Positions 18,350 to 27,574 of a stretch of DNA of 46,021 bases are shown here, in pieces. The notes under the pieces are model-generated. The model did not search any database and had not been told where the DNA came from. It was given only the letters and a program-made list of their open reading frames with translations. Numbering within the stretch: the first letter of the stretch is position 1; every line of letters begins with the position of its first letter. Origin of the DNA: Verrucomicrobiota bacterium (lineage in GTDB: Bacteria; Verrucomicrobiota; Verrucomicrobiia; Verrucomicrobiales; DEV007); NCBI GenBank assembly GCA_045046875.1, contig JASFYY010000091.1, forward strand, positions 1 through 46,021, read 5' to 3'. The position numbers and the translations under genes are program-made.

Positions 18350-20647
18350 TTAGAACCGTGCATGAATCAAAAAATTAAATCCGTAAAAAGGCTCGGCGCG
18401 TCCATCATATACCCGACGACCAGCATTGACCCCGGCGACCAGTTCCCAATCAGGGTAAAGGGTCAGACGTTGTTCGTATCCGACCCTGCCGGTCCAGTCG
18501 CTGTCGTAGTTTTTTTGATCATACCATCCTAATTGACACGTTATGTGTTGAACCCATGTCCGGTCATACCTGCGCCATAATATATGTTCGGCGTCAAGAC
18601 CGAGCGCGCTTGCTAAATCTTGTTCAGGATTGAAATAAGGGGCATTGCGCGAAGAATTTTGTGACCCATAAACACTCAGTATAGCATCCACATCCAGATG
18701 AGGGATGTCGATCAAGCGCTGACGAAGACTAGCATCTGCCATCCAGCGTTCATTATCGTCAGTGAAATTGGATCGCGCGAGGCTGACGCGGAATAACCGG
18801 CTTTCATGCCAGCGGTAACTCAGTGATGCCCCGATACGGTCAGCGGTGATCCCATACCAAAGAGCTCGCAGAGGCATGTCGAGATCAAAGGTCGAGTACT
18901 CCCCGCTGAGTGTCCACTGGTCTTGCGGAAACCAAGTAGCGCGAAGATTACCAGAGGCAGTGTCTTTCAAGAGGGATTGCACATAACCCCCGCTCGCCAA
19001 TAGTTCCCAGTTTGGAGAACGGTACTCCGCACCCACTCCGATATAAGCAAGATAGGTTTCGCCTTCCAGAATCTCACCCCAAGCATAACGCCCTTGTAAC
19101 ACCGGTCTCCAATTGTAGGCAAAAGGGGAACCGTATAGTTCGCTTGTGGCGAGAATTCCGGCACCATTCAGTTCGGGGCCATTGCTGTGATTGTATTGAA
19201 AATCGCTCCATAATTCAGCCATCTGGTAAACGTCCCAATCTTTACGCAACTGTTTGACTGTCGGAGTTTGTGGATACTTGGTCTCTAAATCCAACAAATT
19301 GGCTTCAGCTTCTTTGAAGGCTCCCATTTGCAACTGACTACTGGCGATACCGGTCAAAGCTGCGGTGGATTCGGGATTGATGGCCGCGGCGGTCTTGAAC
19401 TCTGCCAGCGCCTGGTGCCTCCAGTTTCTAGCAAGCGCAATGTTAGCGTGCATTTCTCGAATCCAATTGTTGCCAGGAGCGGCCTGTTCCAATTGGTCGA
19501 TCCAATTCCAGGATTTGCTCAACTGGTCAGCAAAATACCGAGCATTGATTCCCATCATGACTAAATCCAATTCACGCCCGTTTTCTACCGGGCTTGGAGT
19601 GCCTACATAAGACCTCCATACAGGTTCTTCACGGGCAAGGCCGTCGATGAGTTCATAGGCGTCCGTAAAATTTTCTTCTTCGACCAGTGAGTAAAAAAGT
19701 CCACTGCTCACCTCTTCATCCTTAAATCCGGCTTCCCACATTTGCTGATACAGTTCATGGGCAAGATCGGGCTGTTTTAAAGCCAGATAAGAACCTGCAA
19801 TCGCGATCGTCACATAAGAGGGAAGTTTATCGTGCTCTTCAAGATCCTCATACAGCTCGGTAGCCTCCTGCCAGCGATTGGCATTATGTAAAGCAATCAC
19901 TTTTAAAGAGGCCAGCTTGCGTGGCAGGGTGGTTGGTGCGCTGTATTTATCCAAACGATCAATCACCGCTTCGGCACGCTGGATACGCTCTTCCATCGTC
20001 AATGCAGCATAACCGCTCCAATGCAGATCAACTGCCGTAAGCCGGTCTGTGACGTCCAGTTTTCTTTTATTGTTACGCAATCCAGGGTATTTATCCAAGA
20101 TGTGCTCGGCCGCATGGGCGGCGCCAAGATGAATCAATGCATCCACTTTTAATCCCAATACAGAAAGATCCGGTTGATTGAGTTTTCCCAATTTCTCCTG
20201 GCTGTAGCGTAAAACCGACATCCAATCTTCAGTGACCTGAGCCGCATAGATGCGCACGTCATACCAGTCAGGATACTGGTGTCGGGTTTCCCTGATTTTT
20301 TCCAATTCCTTAGCGGCCTGACCTGCTTTGCCTAGATCGACCAATAATTGGGCGCGGCGAATTTTCCATTCAGCATTTTGAGGTTGTTGGCTTATTTTTG
20401 CGGCGACCAGCTTCAGTGCAAGTTCAGTTTCTTTTAACTCGCGACAGGTTGTTATCGCTGTTCGAATGACGTAGTCCGGTGCTTCTTTCGCATCGATGGT
20501 TTTTATAATAAGCAACGCTTCACGATTTCTACCTGTTCTGGCCAGTAATACGGCACGATCCTGGGTCAATCCCACGTCTTGAGGGAATTGTTTCCGAGTG
20601 ATTCGATAATAGCCAGCGCCTTGGGATAGTTTTCCAGATGCAACCAA
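18350..20647 (-). CDS. pgaA: PgaA PNAG export porin, C-terminal part (third TPR block plus beta-barrel); frameshifted from the N-terminal part
   Basis: APGN, RNWRHQA, YRWHESR, APYFNPEQD, LWRRYDR, RRVYDG..E and a C-terminal F, all typical of PgaA. The ORF has no convincing start of its own. Confidence 0.85.
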   Translation of the reverse strand: MVASGKLSQGAGYYRITRKQFPQDVGLTQDRAVLLARTGRNREALLIIKTIDAKEAPDYVIRTAITTCRELKETELALKLVAAKISQQPQNAEWKIRRAQLLVDLGKAGQAAKELEKIRETRHQYPDWYDVRIYAAQVTEDWMSVLRYSQEKLGKLNQPDLSVLGLKVDALIHLGAAHAAEHILDKYPGLRNNKRKLDVTDRLTAVDLHWSGYAALTMEERIQRAEAVIDRLDKYSAPTTLPRKLASLKVIALHNANRWQEATELYEDLEEHDKLPSYVTIAIAGSYLALKQPDLAHELYQQMWEAGFKDEEVSSGLFYSLVEEENFTDAYELIDGLAREEPVWRSYVGTPSPVENGRELDLVMMGINARYFADQLSKSWNWIDQLEQAAPGNNWIREMHANIALARNWRHQALAEFKTAAAINPESTAALTGIASSQLQMGAFKEAEANLLDLETKYPQTPTVKQLRKDWDVYQMAELWSDFQYNHSNGPELNGAGILATSELYGSPFAYNWRPVLQGRYAWGEILEGETYLAYIGVGAEYRSPNWELLASGGYVQSLLKDTASGNLRATWFPQDQWTLSGEYSTFDLDMPLRALWYGITADRIGASLSYRWHESRLFRVSLARSNFTDDNERWMADASLRQRLIDIPHLDVDAILSVYGSQNSSRNAPYFNPEQDLASALGLDAEHILWRRYDRTWVQHITCQLGWYDQKNYDSDWTGRVGYEQRLTLYPDWELVAGVNAGRRVYDGRAEPFYGFNFLIHARF

Positions 20648-21612
20648 GCATCCGCCTGCAATTTAAGGGTTTGCAAACTGGCTTCGGGTTGACGGTCTAT
20701 GTTCTGTTGATTGTAGCGAACGACGCCAGTCCAGTCTTGTGAGTCACGAGCCGCCTGGATGCGTAAGTTAAGCCAATCGGGGTGCTGTTGGGCCGTTTTA
20801 TCTAGCTGGTCGAGTTCCTTGGCGGCTTGTTGACCCTCGCCTTTGTCCAGTAACAATTGAACCCGGCGTATTTGCCATTCGGCACTCTTCGGTTTATTCG
20901 TCAATCGAGTATCTATCAGTTGTAAGGCCAGATCGGGTTTTTGCTGTTGACGGGCAACTTCCACGGCAGCTTGAATTACCCAATCGGGAGCTGTTTGCGG
21001 ATTAATTTTATTGATCAGAGCAAGAGCCTCTGCATTTTCTCCCTGCAAAGACAACAGCACCAACCTATCCTGCATCAAGCCGATATCAGAAGGAAAACGT
21101 TGACTGGCAGCAGTCAGCAAAGGCAGCGCTTTTTCATGATCCTTTAAATGTAGCAGCGCATCAATCTGGATCTTTATAAGTTCCAGATCTGGTTGCTGCT
21201 GCGCTTCGATGCGTTGTTGATTGTAATCAACCACAGCAGACCAGTCTTCTTCGCCAAGTGCGGCAAGGACACGCAGATTCAGCCAGTCAGGATGTTGACG
21301 GTCTTTCTGATTAAAAGCCTGCAATAACTGGCTGGCAATTTTGTAGTCTGCTTTATCCAGCAAAAGTTGGGCACGGCGTATTTGCCATTCTATTTCTTCG
21401 GGATCTTGTTCTAATTGTGCTGCTACCAGTTTTAACGCCAATTCGGTTCGCTTAAGCTCACGGCAGGCATTCACCACTGCCCGGGCCAAATGTGCGGGTA
21501 TTTTGGAGGGTTTGAGCTTTTCAAATAATTCCAGAGCTTCTCTGTTTTTCCCCGACTCCGAGAGAATAATGATTTGGTCGTGAATGACGCCCTCATCTTG
21601 CGGGTGTCGCAG
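20084..21612 (-). repeat. Three tandem ~170-codon (5 x 34-aa TPR) repeats in pgaA
   Basis: EW(Q/K)IRR.QLL.D, (H/Y)PDW...R..AA....DW and DA..HL recur with spacings of 510 and 509 nt. Confidence 0.85.
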
Positions 21613-21783
21613 ACTTATTGCTGCAAGAATTTTAAGAGCTTCGGCGCTTTGGCCATCCCGTGCTTTTTGTACAGCAGCTTCTTTGCGCTGCATAACCTTT
21701 TCAGGCAATTCAGCCCTAAGCGGGACTAAATAACCTAACAAAACGATCAGCAGTAGTCGTTTAACTGTAATAATGGTCGGCAT
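20566..21783 (-). CDS. pgaA: PgaA N-terminal part (signal peptide plus TPR repeats), ending just past a 1-nt frameshift
   Basis: Signal peptide, AR.G...AL start typical of PgaA, and two TPR blocks. Homology to the repeat unit continues in the other frame at about 20590-20596. Confidence 0.8.
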   Translation of the reverse strand: MPTIITVKRLLLIVLLGYLVPLRAELPEKVMQRKEAAVQKARDGQSAEALKILAAISLRHPQDEGVIHDQIIILSESGKNREALELFEKLKPSKIPAHLARAVVNACRELKRTELALKLVAAQLEQDPEEIEWQIRRAQLLLDKADYKIASQLLQAFNQKDRQHPDWLNLRVLAALGEEDWSAVVDYNQQRIEAQQQPDLELIKIQIDALLHLKDHEKALPLLTAASQRFPSDIGLMQDRLVLLSLQGENAEALALINKINPQTAPDWVIQAAVEVARQQQKPDLALQLIDTRLTNKPKSAEWQIRRVQLLLDKGEGQQAAKELDQLDKTAQQHPDWLNLRIQAARDSQDWTGVVRYNQQNIDRQPEASLQTLKLQADAWLHLENYPKALAIIESLGNNSLKTWD

Positions 21784-21861
21784 CAGTTGGGCACTCTACT
21801 GTGAGCGAATCTTGCTTGAAAAGATTTTGCCCACTTTAAAACTATATTCTAATCTTGTTAT

Positions 21862-21927
21862 ATTATACGTCTAGATACATAGTTGCGATAAATGTAAATG
21901 CCAATAAATACTGCGCAGCTTACATTT
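21862..21927 (-). promoter_or_regulatory. Candidate pga promoter (-10 TATAAT) with upstream inverted repeat
   Basis: Perfect TATAAT on the minus strand at 21862-21867 with a poor -35; AAATGTAA-N22-TTACATTT at 21890-21927; AT-rich intergenic region. Confidence 0.35.
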
Positions 21928-22042
21928 TGACAGAATATGCATTCTCAATGACAAAATATAGAGGAAAAGTTGATTTTGCTCCCTGGCTAGAAAAAAGTTC
22001 AATAAATGTTTACGATTGATGTGCAGACTCGGGAATTTTGCC

Positions 22043-23206
22043 TTATATCCGATCCGCTCCCGAGCTTTGTAACTTGAGCACTTTAAAAGCTCTTCCCATC
22101 ATACCTGGATGGGTAAGGGTTTGAAACTGTCGCAGCAGTTTTTTATTGTCTGGTTCTTGAGTTTTTTGTTCGGCTTCCATTCCCAGCAGCCAGGACTTGG
22201 CGGCATGGGTGAGGAAATCGTGCTGGTCTTGCAGCGTTTGGCACTGCAGCCCAGCTTGTTGGGCGTAGTCTGCCAAGCGGGTGAAATTGACATGCGCGGT
22301 GATATCACATTCGCCGGGCATCACGAAGGGGTCGTCCGAGGCACGGTGTTGGTGATAACAGCGCAAGGTGCCTTCACGGCGTTCGGGAGAGTAATACTGC
22401 TCTTCCAGATGGCCGTAATCGATGATCCAAAAATGACCCCCTTGATCTGCGAACAGGTTGCGGATGGAATCCAACCAGGGGTGCATGGCAAGATTGATCT
22501 CCGTAGTGTAATTCTCTGGAAATTCTTCCTTGTTCAGGCGTGAGGCTTCGGCCAATAGATCAGGATTCGTGATTTCTTGGTAGGAAATTTCAAAACCACT
22601 CGGCGTACCTCCCTGTTTGACCCAAATTTCCTGCCACTGGCTATTTTTCAAAGTGATCCGGTGCACGGGAAAGGCATCGACCAGCTCATTGCAAAGAAAT
22701 ATCCCCGCGGTGCTTTTTTGCTGCGGATTCTGAACTTCACCGGCGGTATTGGCAACTTTCACCCGTTCCGAATGATCACTGTCTTCGATACGTGCGATCA
22801 GAAAATCACGCCGCGCTTGGTGGGCTTCGATCACATGATAAGACAAATGATCTAACAAGGAGCTGCCGCGATTCTTGAGACCATCGAGGATGTCGAATGC
22901 GAGTTGACCATCGTGAGCGCCTTGTTCTACTATCAACCAGGTGCCCGGCGAACCATTTTTTTCCCATTCAGCTTCGATCGCGTAGCCCAGCAACAAACCA
23001 AAACACTTACCAACGCTGACGCTGGTATAAAAATCGCCACTCTGCCTACCAATGACACGGCCTGGCTGGCTGTAATAGCCTAAATCCGGTTCATAGAGAG
23101 CCAGTTCCATAAAATCAGCAAAAGAGATCGCTTTTGCTGGAGTTTTATCTATTTTTTGAAAGATTTGCTCTTTCAGGCCCGTATCTCCTGTGTTCTTATG
23201 TCGCAT
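22043..23206 (-). CDS. SAM-dependent methyltransferase, MidA/NDUFAF7 (DUF185) family
   Basis: FM.LALY.P..GYY, GDFYTS, EQGAHDGQLA, NELVDAFP, IDYG and DITAHVNF. Confidence 0.9.
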   Translation of the reverse strand: MRHKNTGDTGLKEQIFQKIDKTPAKAISFADFMELALYEPDLGYYSQPGRVIGRQSGDFYTSVSVGKCFGLLLGYAIEAEWEKNGSPGTWLIVEQGAHDGQLAFDILDGLKNRGSSLLDHLSYHVIEAHQARRDFLIARIEDSDHSERVKVANTAGEVQNPQQKSTAGIFLCNELVDAFPVHRITLKNSQWQEIWVKQGGTPSGFEISYQEITNPDLLAEASRLNKEEFPENYTTEINLAMHPWLDSIRNLFADQGGHFWIIDYGHLEEQYYSPERREGTLRCYHQHRASDDPFVMPGECDITAHVNFTRLADYAQQAGLQCQTLQDQHDFLTHAAKSWLLGMEAEQKTQEPDNKKLLRQFQTLTHPGMMGRAFKVLKLQSSGADRI

Positions 23207-23350
23207 TTAAATAAAATTACCGTAAAAAAGTGTTTTTCTCACCCTTGCCCCCTTGCCTGATTCAGTCCATATTCCCTGTTGGGTATCCAGCTTAATCTTG
23301 CATCGGCACTGTTTCTGCTATCATTCCCTGATTATACAGCCAATACATAT

Positions 23351-26020
23351 ATGCGTCGTCGTCGGAGATTCTCCAGATTTTTTCTCAAGCTGTTCATTGT
23401 CCTCCTATTCATGGGGATAATGGCGGGACTTATTGGTGCGGGTATCGCTTACCTTTACGCCAAACCACGTTTTGACTTGGCGCAGACTTTTGATTTGGAG
23501 AAAATCCACGATTTGGAGGTGGCCAGCATTATTTTTGACCGTAATGGCGAGGAACTGGGGCGCATCTTTGTTCAAAACCGTCGCCCAGTCTCAATAGATG
23601 AAGTATCAGAAAACGTGGTTAATGCCCTAGTGGCCACCGAGGATGCACGGTTCTTCAGTCACAACGGAGTGGATTATTTTGGTATTTTTCGCGCAGCGAT
23701 CAGTAACTTCAAAGCCGGGGGAGTGACTCAAGGTGCCAGCACCGTGACCCAGCAGTTGGGGCGCAACGCTTTTGAAATGAGGGAGCGTAGTATCAGCCGT
23801 AAAGTAGCTGAAATTTTCCTAGCCCAGAGAATCGAGGAAAAATTCACCAAACGCGAGATTCTCGAATTGTACTTGAATCGCATCTATTTTGGCAGCGGTT
23901 ATTATGGCATCGCAGCGGCTTCCAATGGTTATTTTGGCAAAGAACCCATTGATCTCACCATCCCTGAAGCCGCCACCTTAGTGGGGCTGATCAAAAGTCC
24001 CAACCGCTTGTCTCCCTTTAATAATCCTGAAAAGTCGCGTAATACCCGCAACTATGTTTTTCAGCGGATGCGCGCAGAAGGCATGATCAGCAAAAAGAAA
24101 ATGCTGGAACTGCAAAAAACGCCCTTAGGTACAATTGTCAAAGGCTCGGCATTTGCCAAATCAAAGTACGTTTACGAACAAGTCCGCCAACGGGTGATTG
24201 AAGTGGTCGGTTACGAACTAGCTTCCCAGGGAGGTTTTCATATTTATACCACTATTGATAACCGGCTTCAGCTAAAGGCCGAAGCCAGTTTGGCGAAACA
24301 ACTGGATGAAATTGAAAAACATAAATCCTACGAGCACCAGACGCTGGTAGATTATAAAACCTTGAAAAAGGAGTTTCATGCCCGCCAAAAAGGCACCGAA
24401 ATCAAAGTGGTGAGCGAAGGGGAGCAAAAAAGCGAATCTTTGTTACACATCAAAAGCAAGTTGCCCAAACCAACTTATTTACAGGGAGCGGTGCTCGCCA
24501 TAGACAATGAAACCGGAGGCATTCTGACTTTGGTGGGCGGGCGTGATTTTAAAGACAGTATGTTCGATCGCGCGGTATTGAGCCGTCGTCCACCTGGCAC
24601 CGCATTTATTCCATTTGTGTATGCAGCCGCTTTTCAAAGCGGGCGCTTTCCCGGAACTCCAGTAGAAGATATCCCGATTGACAACCGCCGGGTGATGATC
24701 GGTGGCATGAGCGGCATTCTCGGGGAATGGGGCACCGAAAGCTTGACTAACGTTCATGTGGGACAATTACCGGCACGGCAAGCTTTGGCTCTTTCTAAAG
24801 TTGCCGCAACCGTTCGATTGGGAATTTTGACAGGGCTTTCAAAAGTGATCGGCCTGGCCGAAGACTCCGGCATCCGTTTTGATGGAGAGATCAAAAACTT
24901 CAACGCAGCTATGCTGGGCCGCTCCCCTGCTTCGATGCCGGAGATGTGCCTGGCTTATTCGATTTTTCCCAATAAAGGAGTTAGAGCTGAACGCACGCAT
25001 ATCCTGTCCAGCATCAAGGACTCCAAAGACAAAATCATTTATTCGACTCAAATTCGTAAACTTAAAAAACCCCTGATCGATGAATACACCGCTTGGCAGG
25101 TCACCAGTTGCCTGACAGATGTACTGAAAGAGGGAACCGGGCGCAAAGCATATGAGAAGTATGGTTTGAATAAGAAAATGGCGATAGCTGGAAAAACCGG
25201 GACTGAGTATGGTTACACCGACAACTGGTTTGTGGGTTATACCAGTGAGATCACCTGCGCGGTGTGGGCGGGTTTTGATACCCCTAAACCCATTTATCCC
25301 GATGCATTCAGTAGCGATACGGTGCTGCCGATTTGGTCCCAGGTAATGAATGACGCCGCGGAGTATTTTCCACCCAAGCCTTTTTTGCCGCCAAAAGGAT
25401 CGACTCAGGTAGAGCTATGTCGCATCTCTGGAGAACGCGCTACCGATCAATGTTCGGACATGGTGCCAGGCGCACCTGGCAAACCTCCCAAAAATGTACG
25501 CACCACTTATATCGAGTATCTGCGACCCGGTACCGTGGTTCACACTTCTTGCTCGGTTCACGGAGGCAGTGTTTCGCCCAATATGACTCATGGCCCCCGC
25601 CCCTTTGATCCGTCTTTCCCCTTCAGTTCATCTGCTGCCTTACGTGCCCAGGTAGCTCATGCCGAGCCTATTCACCCCTTGAGTCCGATTTTATTAGGGC
25701 ATGACCCCTATAATTCAGTGATCCCTAGTTTGAGAGCCCGTGCGATTGCTGTTCCTAAAAAGGAGGCCAAAACCCCGCTTAAAGCGGTGCCGATTGCGGT
25801 GCCGATTGCAGTGCCTTCCGGAGGATTAAAAGCGGTTCCCGTAGTGCAACCGGTGGTCATGCAGGAAGGGGCAGAGGCAGGAGGACTTGTCGCGAAACCC
25901 GTACAAAAAGCCCAGCCAATCAAAAAAGCGAGGGCAAGGCCATCGGGTATTTTTCCGCCACCTAGAAATGAAAGCCGGGTGAAAATCAACCGTCCGGCAC
26001 CGATCAGATTTCAGGATTGA
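23351..26020 (+). CDS. Class A penicillin-binding protein (PBP1A-type): intact transglycosylase, degenerate transpeptidase motifs
   Basis: N-terminal TM anchor; EDARFFSHNGVD, QGASTVTQQL, RKVAE and KREILELYLN; transpeptidase domain has KTG, but TAFI at the SxxK position. Confidence 0.88.
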   Translation: MRRRRRFSRFFLKLFIVLLFMGIMAGLIGAGIAYLYAKPRFDLAQTFDLEKIHDLEVASIIFDRNGEELGRIFVQNRRPVSIDEVSENVVNALVATEDARFFSHNGVDYFGIFRAAISNFKAGGVTQGASTVTQQLGRNAFEMRERSISRKVAEIFLAQRIEEKFTKREILELYLNRIYFGSGYYGIAAASNGYFGKEPIDLTIPEAATLVGLIKSPNRLSPFNNPEKSRNTRNYVFQRMRAEGMISKKKMLELQKTPLGTIVKGSAFAKSKYVYEQVRQRVIEVVGYELASQGGFHIYTTIDNRLQLKAEASLAKQLDEIEKHKSYEHQTLVDYKTLKKEFHARQKGTEIKVVSEGEQKSESLLHIKSKLPKPTYLQGAVLAIDNETGGILTLVGGRDFKDSMFDRAVLSRRPPGTAFIPFVYAAAFQSGRFPGTPVEDIPIDNRRVMIGGMSGILGEWGTESLTNVHVGQLPARQALALSKVAATVRLGILTGLSKVIGLAEDSGIRFDGEIKNFNAAMLGRSPASMPEMCLAYSIFPNKGVRAERTHILSSIKDSKDKIIYSTQIRKLKKPLIDEYTAWQVTSCLTDVLKEGTGRKAYEKYGLNKKMAIAGKTGTEYGYTDNWFVGYTSEITCAVWAGFDTPKPIYPDAFSSDTVLPIWSQVMNDAAEYFPPKPFLPPKGSTQVELCRISGERATDQCSDMVPGAPGKPPKNVRTTYIEYLRPGTVVHTSCSVHGGSVSPNMTHGPRPFDPSFPFSSSAALRAQVAHAEPIHPLSPILLGHDPYNSVIPSLRARAIAVPKKEAKTPLKAVPIAVPIAVPSGGLKAVPVVQPVVMQEGAEAGGLVAKPVQKAQPIKKARARPSGIFPPPRNESRVKINRPAPIRFQD
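25784..25815 (+). repeat. 12-bp tandem repeat (GCGGTGCCGATT, about 2.7 copies) encoding AVPI-AVPI-AVP
   Basis: Read directly from the sequence, in the PBP C-terminal tail. Confidence 0.8.
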
Positions 26021-26114
26021 ACCTGGTTTCTGAAATCAGGCAGCGAGCTAAAGCGCTTGAATTTCACTCTGTCAGCGGCTTTCTTCGTGCGCAATACCAC
26101 CGACCTATTTATTC

Positions 26115-27287
26115 ATGAGTTCCATATCCAACCAGCTAGAGACTTTAATGCGGGGCACCGCCCAGGTGTTGAGCGAAAAAGAACTGCTCAAAAAACTGCA
26201 GCGAGGCAAACCCCTACGCGCTAAGCTTGGCGTGGATCCCACCGCACCGGATCTGCATTTAGGCCATGGGGTGCCTCTGGAAAAACTGCGACAGTTTCAG
26301 GAGTTCGGCCACACGGCCGTATTGATCATCGGCGATTTCACCGCCCTGATCGGTGATCCCAGCGGGCGCTCAAAAACCCGCCCCCAGTTGACCAGCGAAG
26401 AAGTGCTGGAAAATGCGCGCACTTTCACCGATCAGGCCTTTAAGATTTTGGATAAAGACAAAACGGAGCTGCGTTTTAACGGTGAGTGGTTCAAGAAGAT
26501 GACATTTGAAGATGTGATCCGACTCAACGCGCGGGTGACGATGCAGCAGATGTTGCAGCGTGAAGACTTCAAAGCACGTATTGCGGCGGATCAGGAAGTG
26601 CGACTGCATGAAATCCAATACCCCATCGTGCAAGGTTGGGATTCGGTGATGGTGAAAGCCGACGTTGAATTGGGCGCGACGGATCAATTGTTTAATATAC
26701 TAGTCGGACGGGACATGCAGAAGAGCGAAGGTATGGAGCAACAGGTTGTCATGCTGATGCCTATTCTCGAAGGCCTGGATGGGGTGCAAAAAATGAGCAA
26801 AAGTTTGGGCAACTATATCGGCGTGAGCGAAGCCCCGGATGAAATGTTTGGTAAGTTGATGAGTATTTCTGATCAGCTGATGGGACGCTATTACACCTTG
26901 CTCTTAGGTGAGGACCTTGATGCTTCGGCCCATCCGATGGATGCCAAGAAAAAACTGGCTGAGAAAGTTGTCACCCGTTTTCACACCACAGGGGAAGCCG
27001 CTGATGCCCTGAAAAACTGGGAAGCTAAGTTCAGCAAACGTGATCACGAGGCGGCTGATTTGCCAGAGTTTTCTCTGGGAGAGCGCCGTGATTTGCTGGG
27101 AGTGGTCGGTCATGCCTACGAGACGGCTTTTGATAGCAAACGCTCCGGATCCGATTTGCGTAGATTGATCCAGCAGGGTAGCGTGCAGTTGAATGGTGAA
27201 AAGGTCACCGACCTCAAAAGCGAACCTGATTGGAAAACAGGCGATGTGCTCAAGCTGGACAAAAAAAGGTTTGTGAGGTTAAAATAG
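26115..27287 (+). CDS. tyrS: Tyrosine--tRNA ligase
   Basis: KLGVDPTAPDLHLGH (HIGH), IGDPSG, YPIVQGWD, ELGATDQLFN, KMSKS and a C-terminal S4 domain. Confidence 0.97.
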   Translation: MSSISNQLETLMRGTAQVLSEKELLKKLQRGKPLRAKLGVDPTAPDLHLGHGVPLEKLRQFQEFGHTAVLIIGDFTALIGDPSGRSKTRPQLTSEEVLENARTFTDQAFKILDKDKTELRFNGEWFKKMTFEDVIRLNARVTMQQMLQREDFKARIAADQEVRLHEIQYPIVQGWDSVMVKADVELGATDQLFNILVGRDMQKSEGMEQQVVMLMPILEGLDGVQKMSKSLGNYIGVSEAPDEMFGKLMSISDQLMGRYYTLLLGEDLDASAHPMDAKKKLAEKVVTRFHTTGEAADALKNWEAKFSKRDHEAADLPEFSLGERRDLLGVVGHAYETAFDSKRSGSDLRRLIQQGSVQLNGEKVTDLKSEPDWKTGDVLKLDKKRFVRLK

Positions 27288-27336
27288 CGGCGTGAATCAA
27301 CCCGCAAACTAGCCAGAGCTACCGCTCAGTTTAAAA

Positions 27337-27570
27337 ATGACGACAGAGAGCAATAAAGATCCCCTTCATGGCATCACGCTTGAGCAGATCGTCAAGAGTC
27401 TGGTCGAGTATTATGGCTGGGAGGATTTGGGTTTACGCATTGATATTCGTTGTTTCAACAGCGACCCTTCGGTGAAGTCGAGTCTTAAATTTTTGCGCAA
27501 GACACCCTGGGCAAGAAAAAAAGTCGAAGCTTTGTATCTGCATATGCAGGAAATTGAGAGCAAGAAATAA
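27337..27570 (+). CDS. VF530 (DUF2132) family small DNA-binding protein
   Basis: DPLHGITLE...LVEYYGWE.L...[27 protein letters not shown] signature. Confidence 0.9.
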   Translation: MTTESNKDPLHGITLEQIVKSLVEYYGWEDLGLRIDIRCFNSDPSVKSSLKFLRKTPWARKKVEALYLHMQEIESKK

Positions 27571-27574
27571 TCTA

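Noticed and set aside
21784..22042. Possible c-di-GMP riboswitch upstream of pgaA
   Set aside because: A GGCAAA is present on the minus strand, but the remaining consensus elements and stems are absent.
26021..26114. Possible T-box or terminator upstream of tyrS
   Set aside because: Only 94 nt, no T-box consensus; the short inverted repeat at about 26022-26040 has no U-tract.
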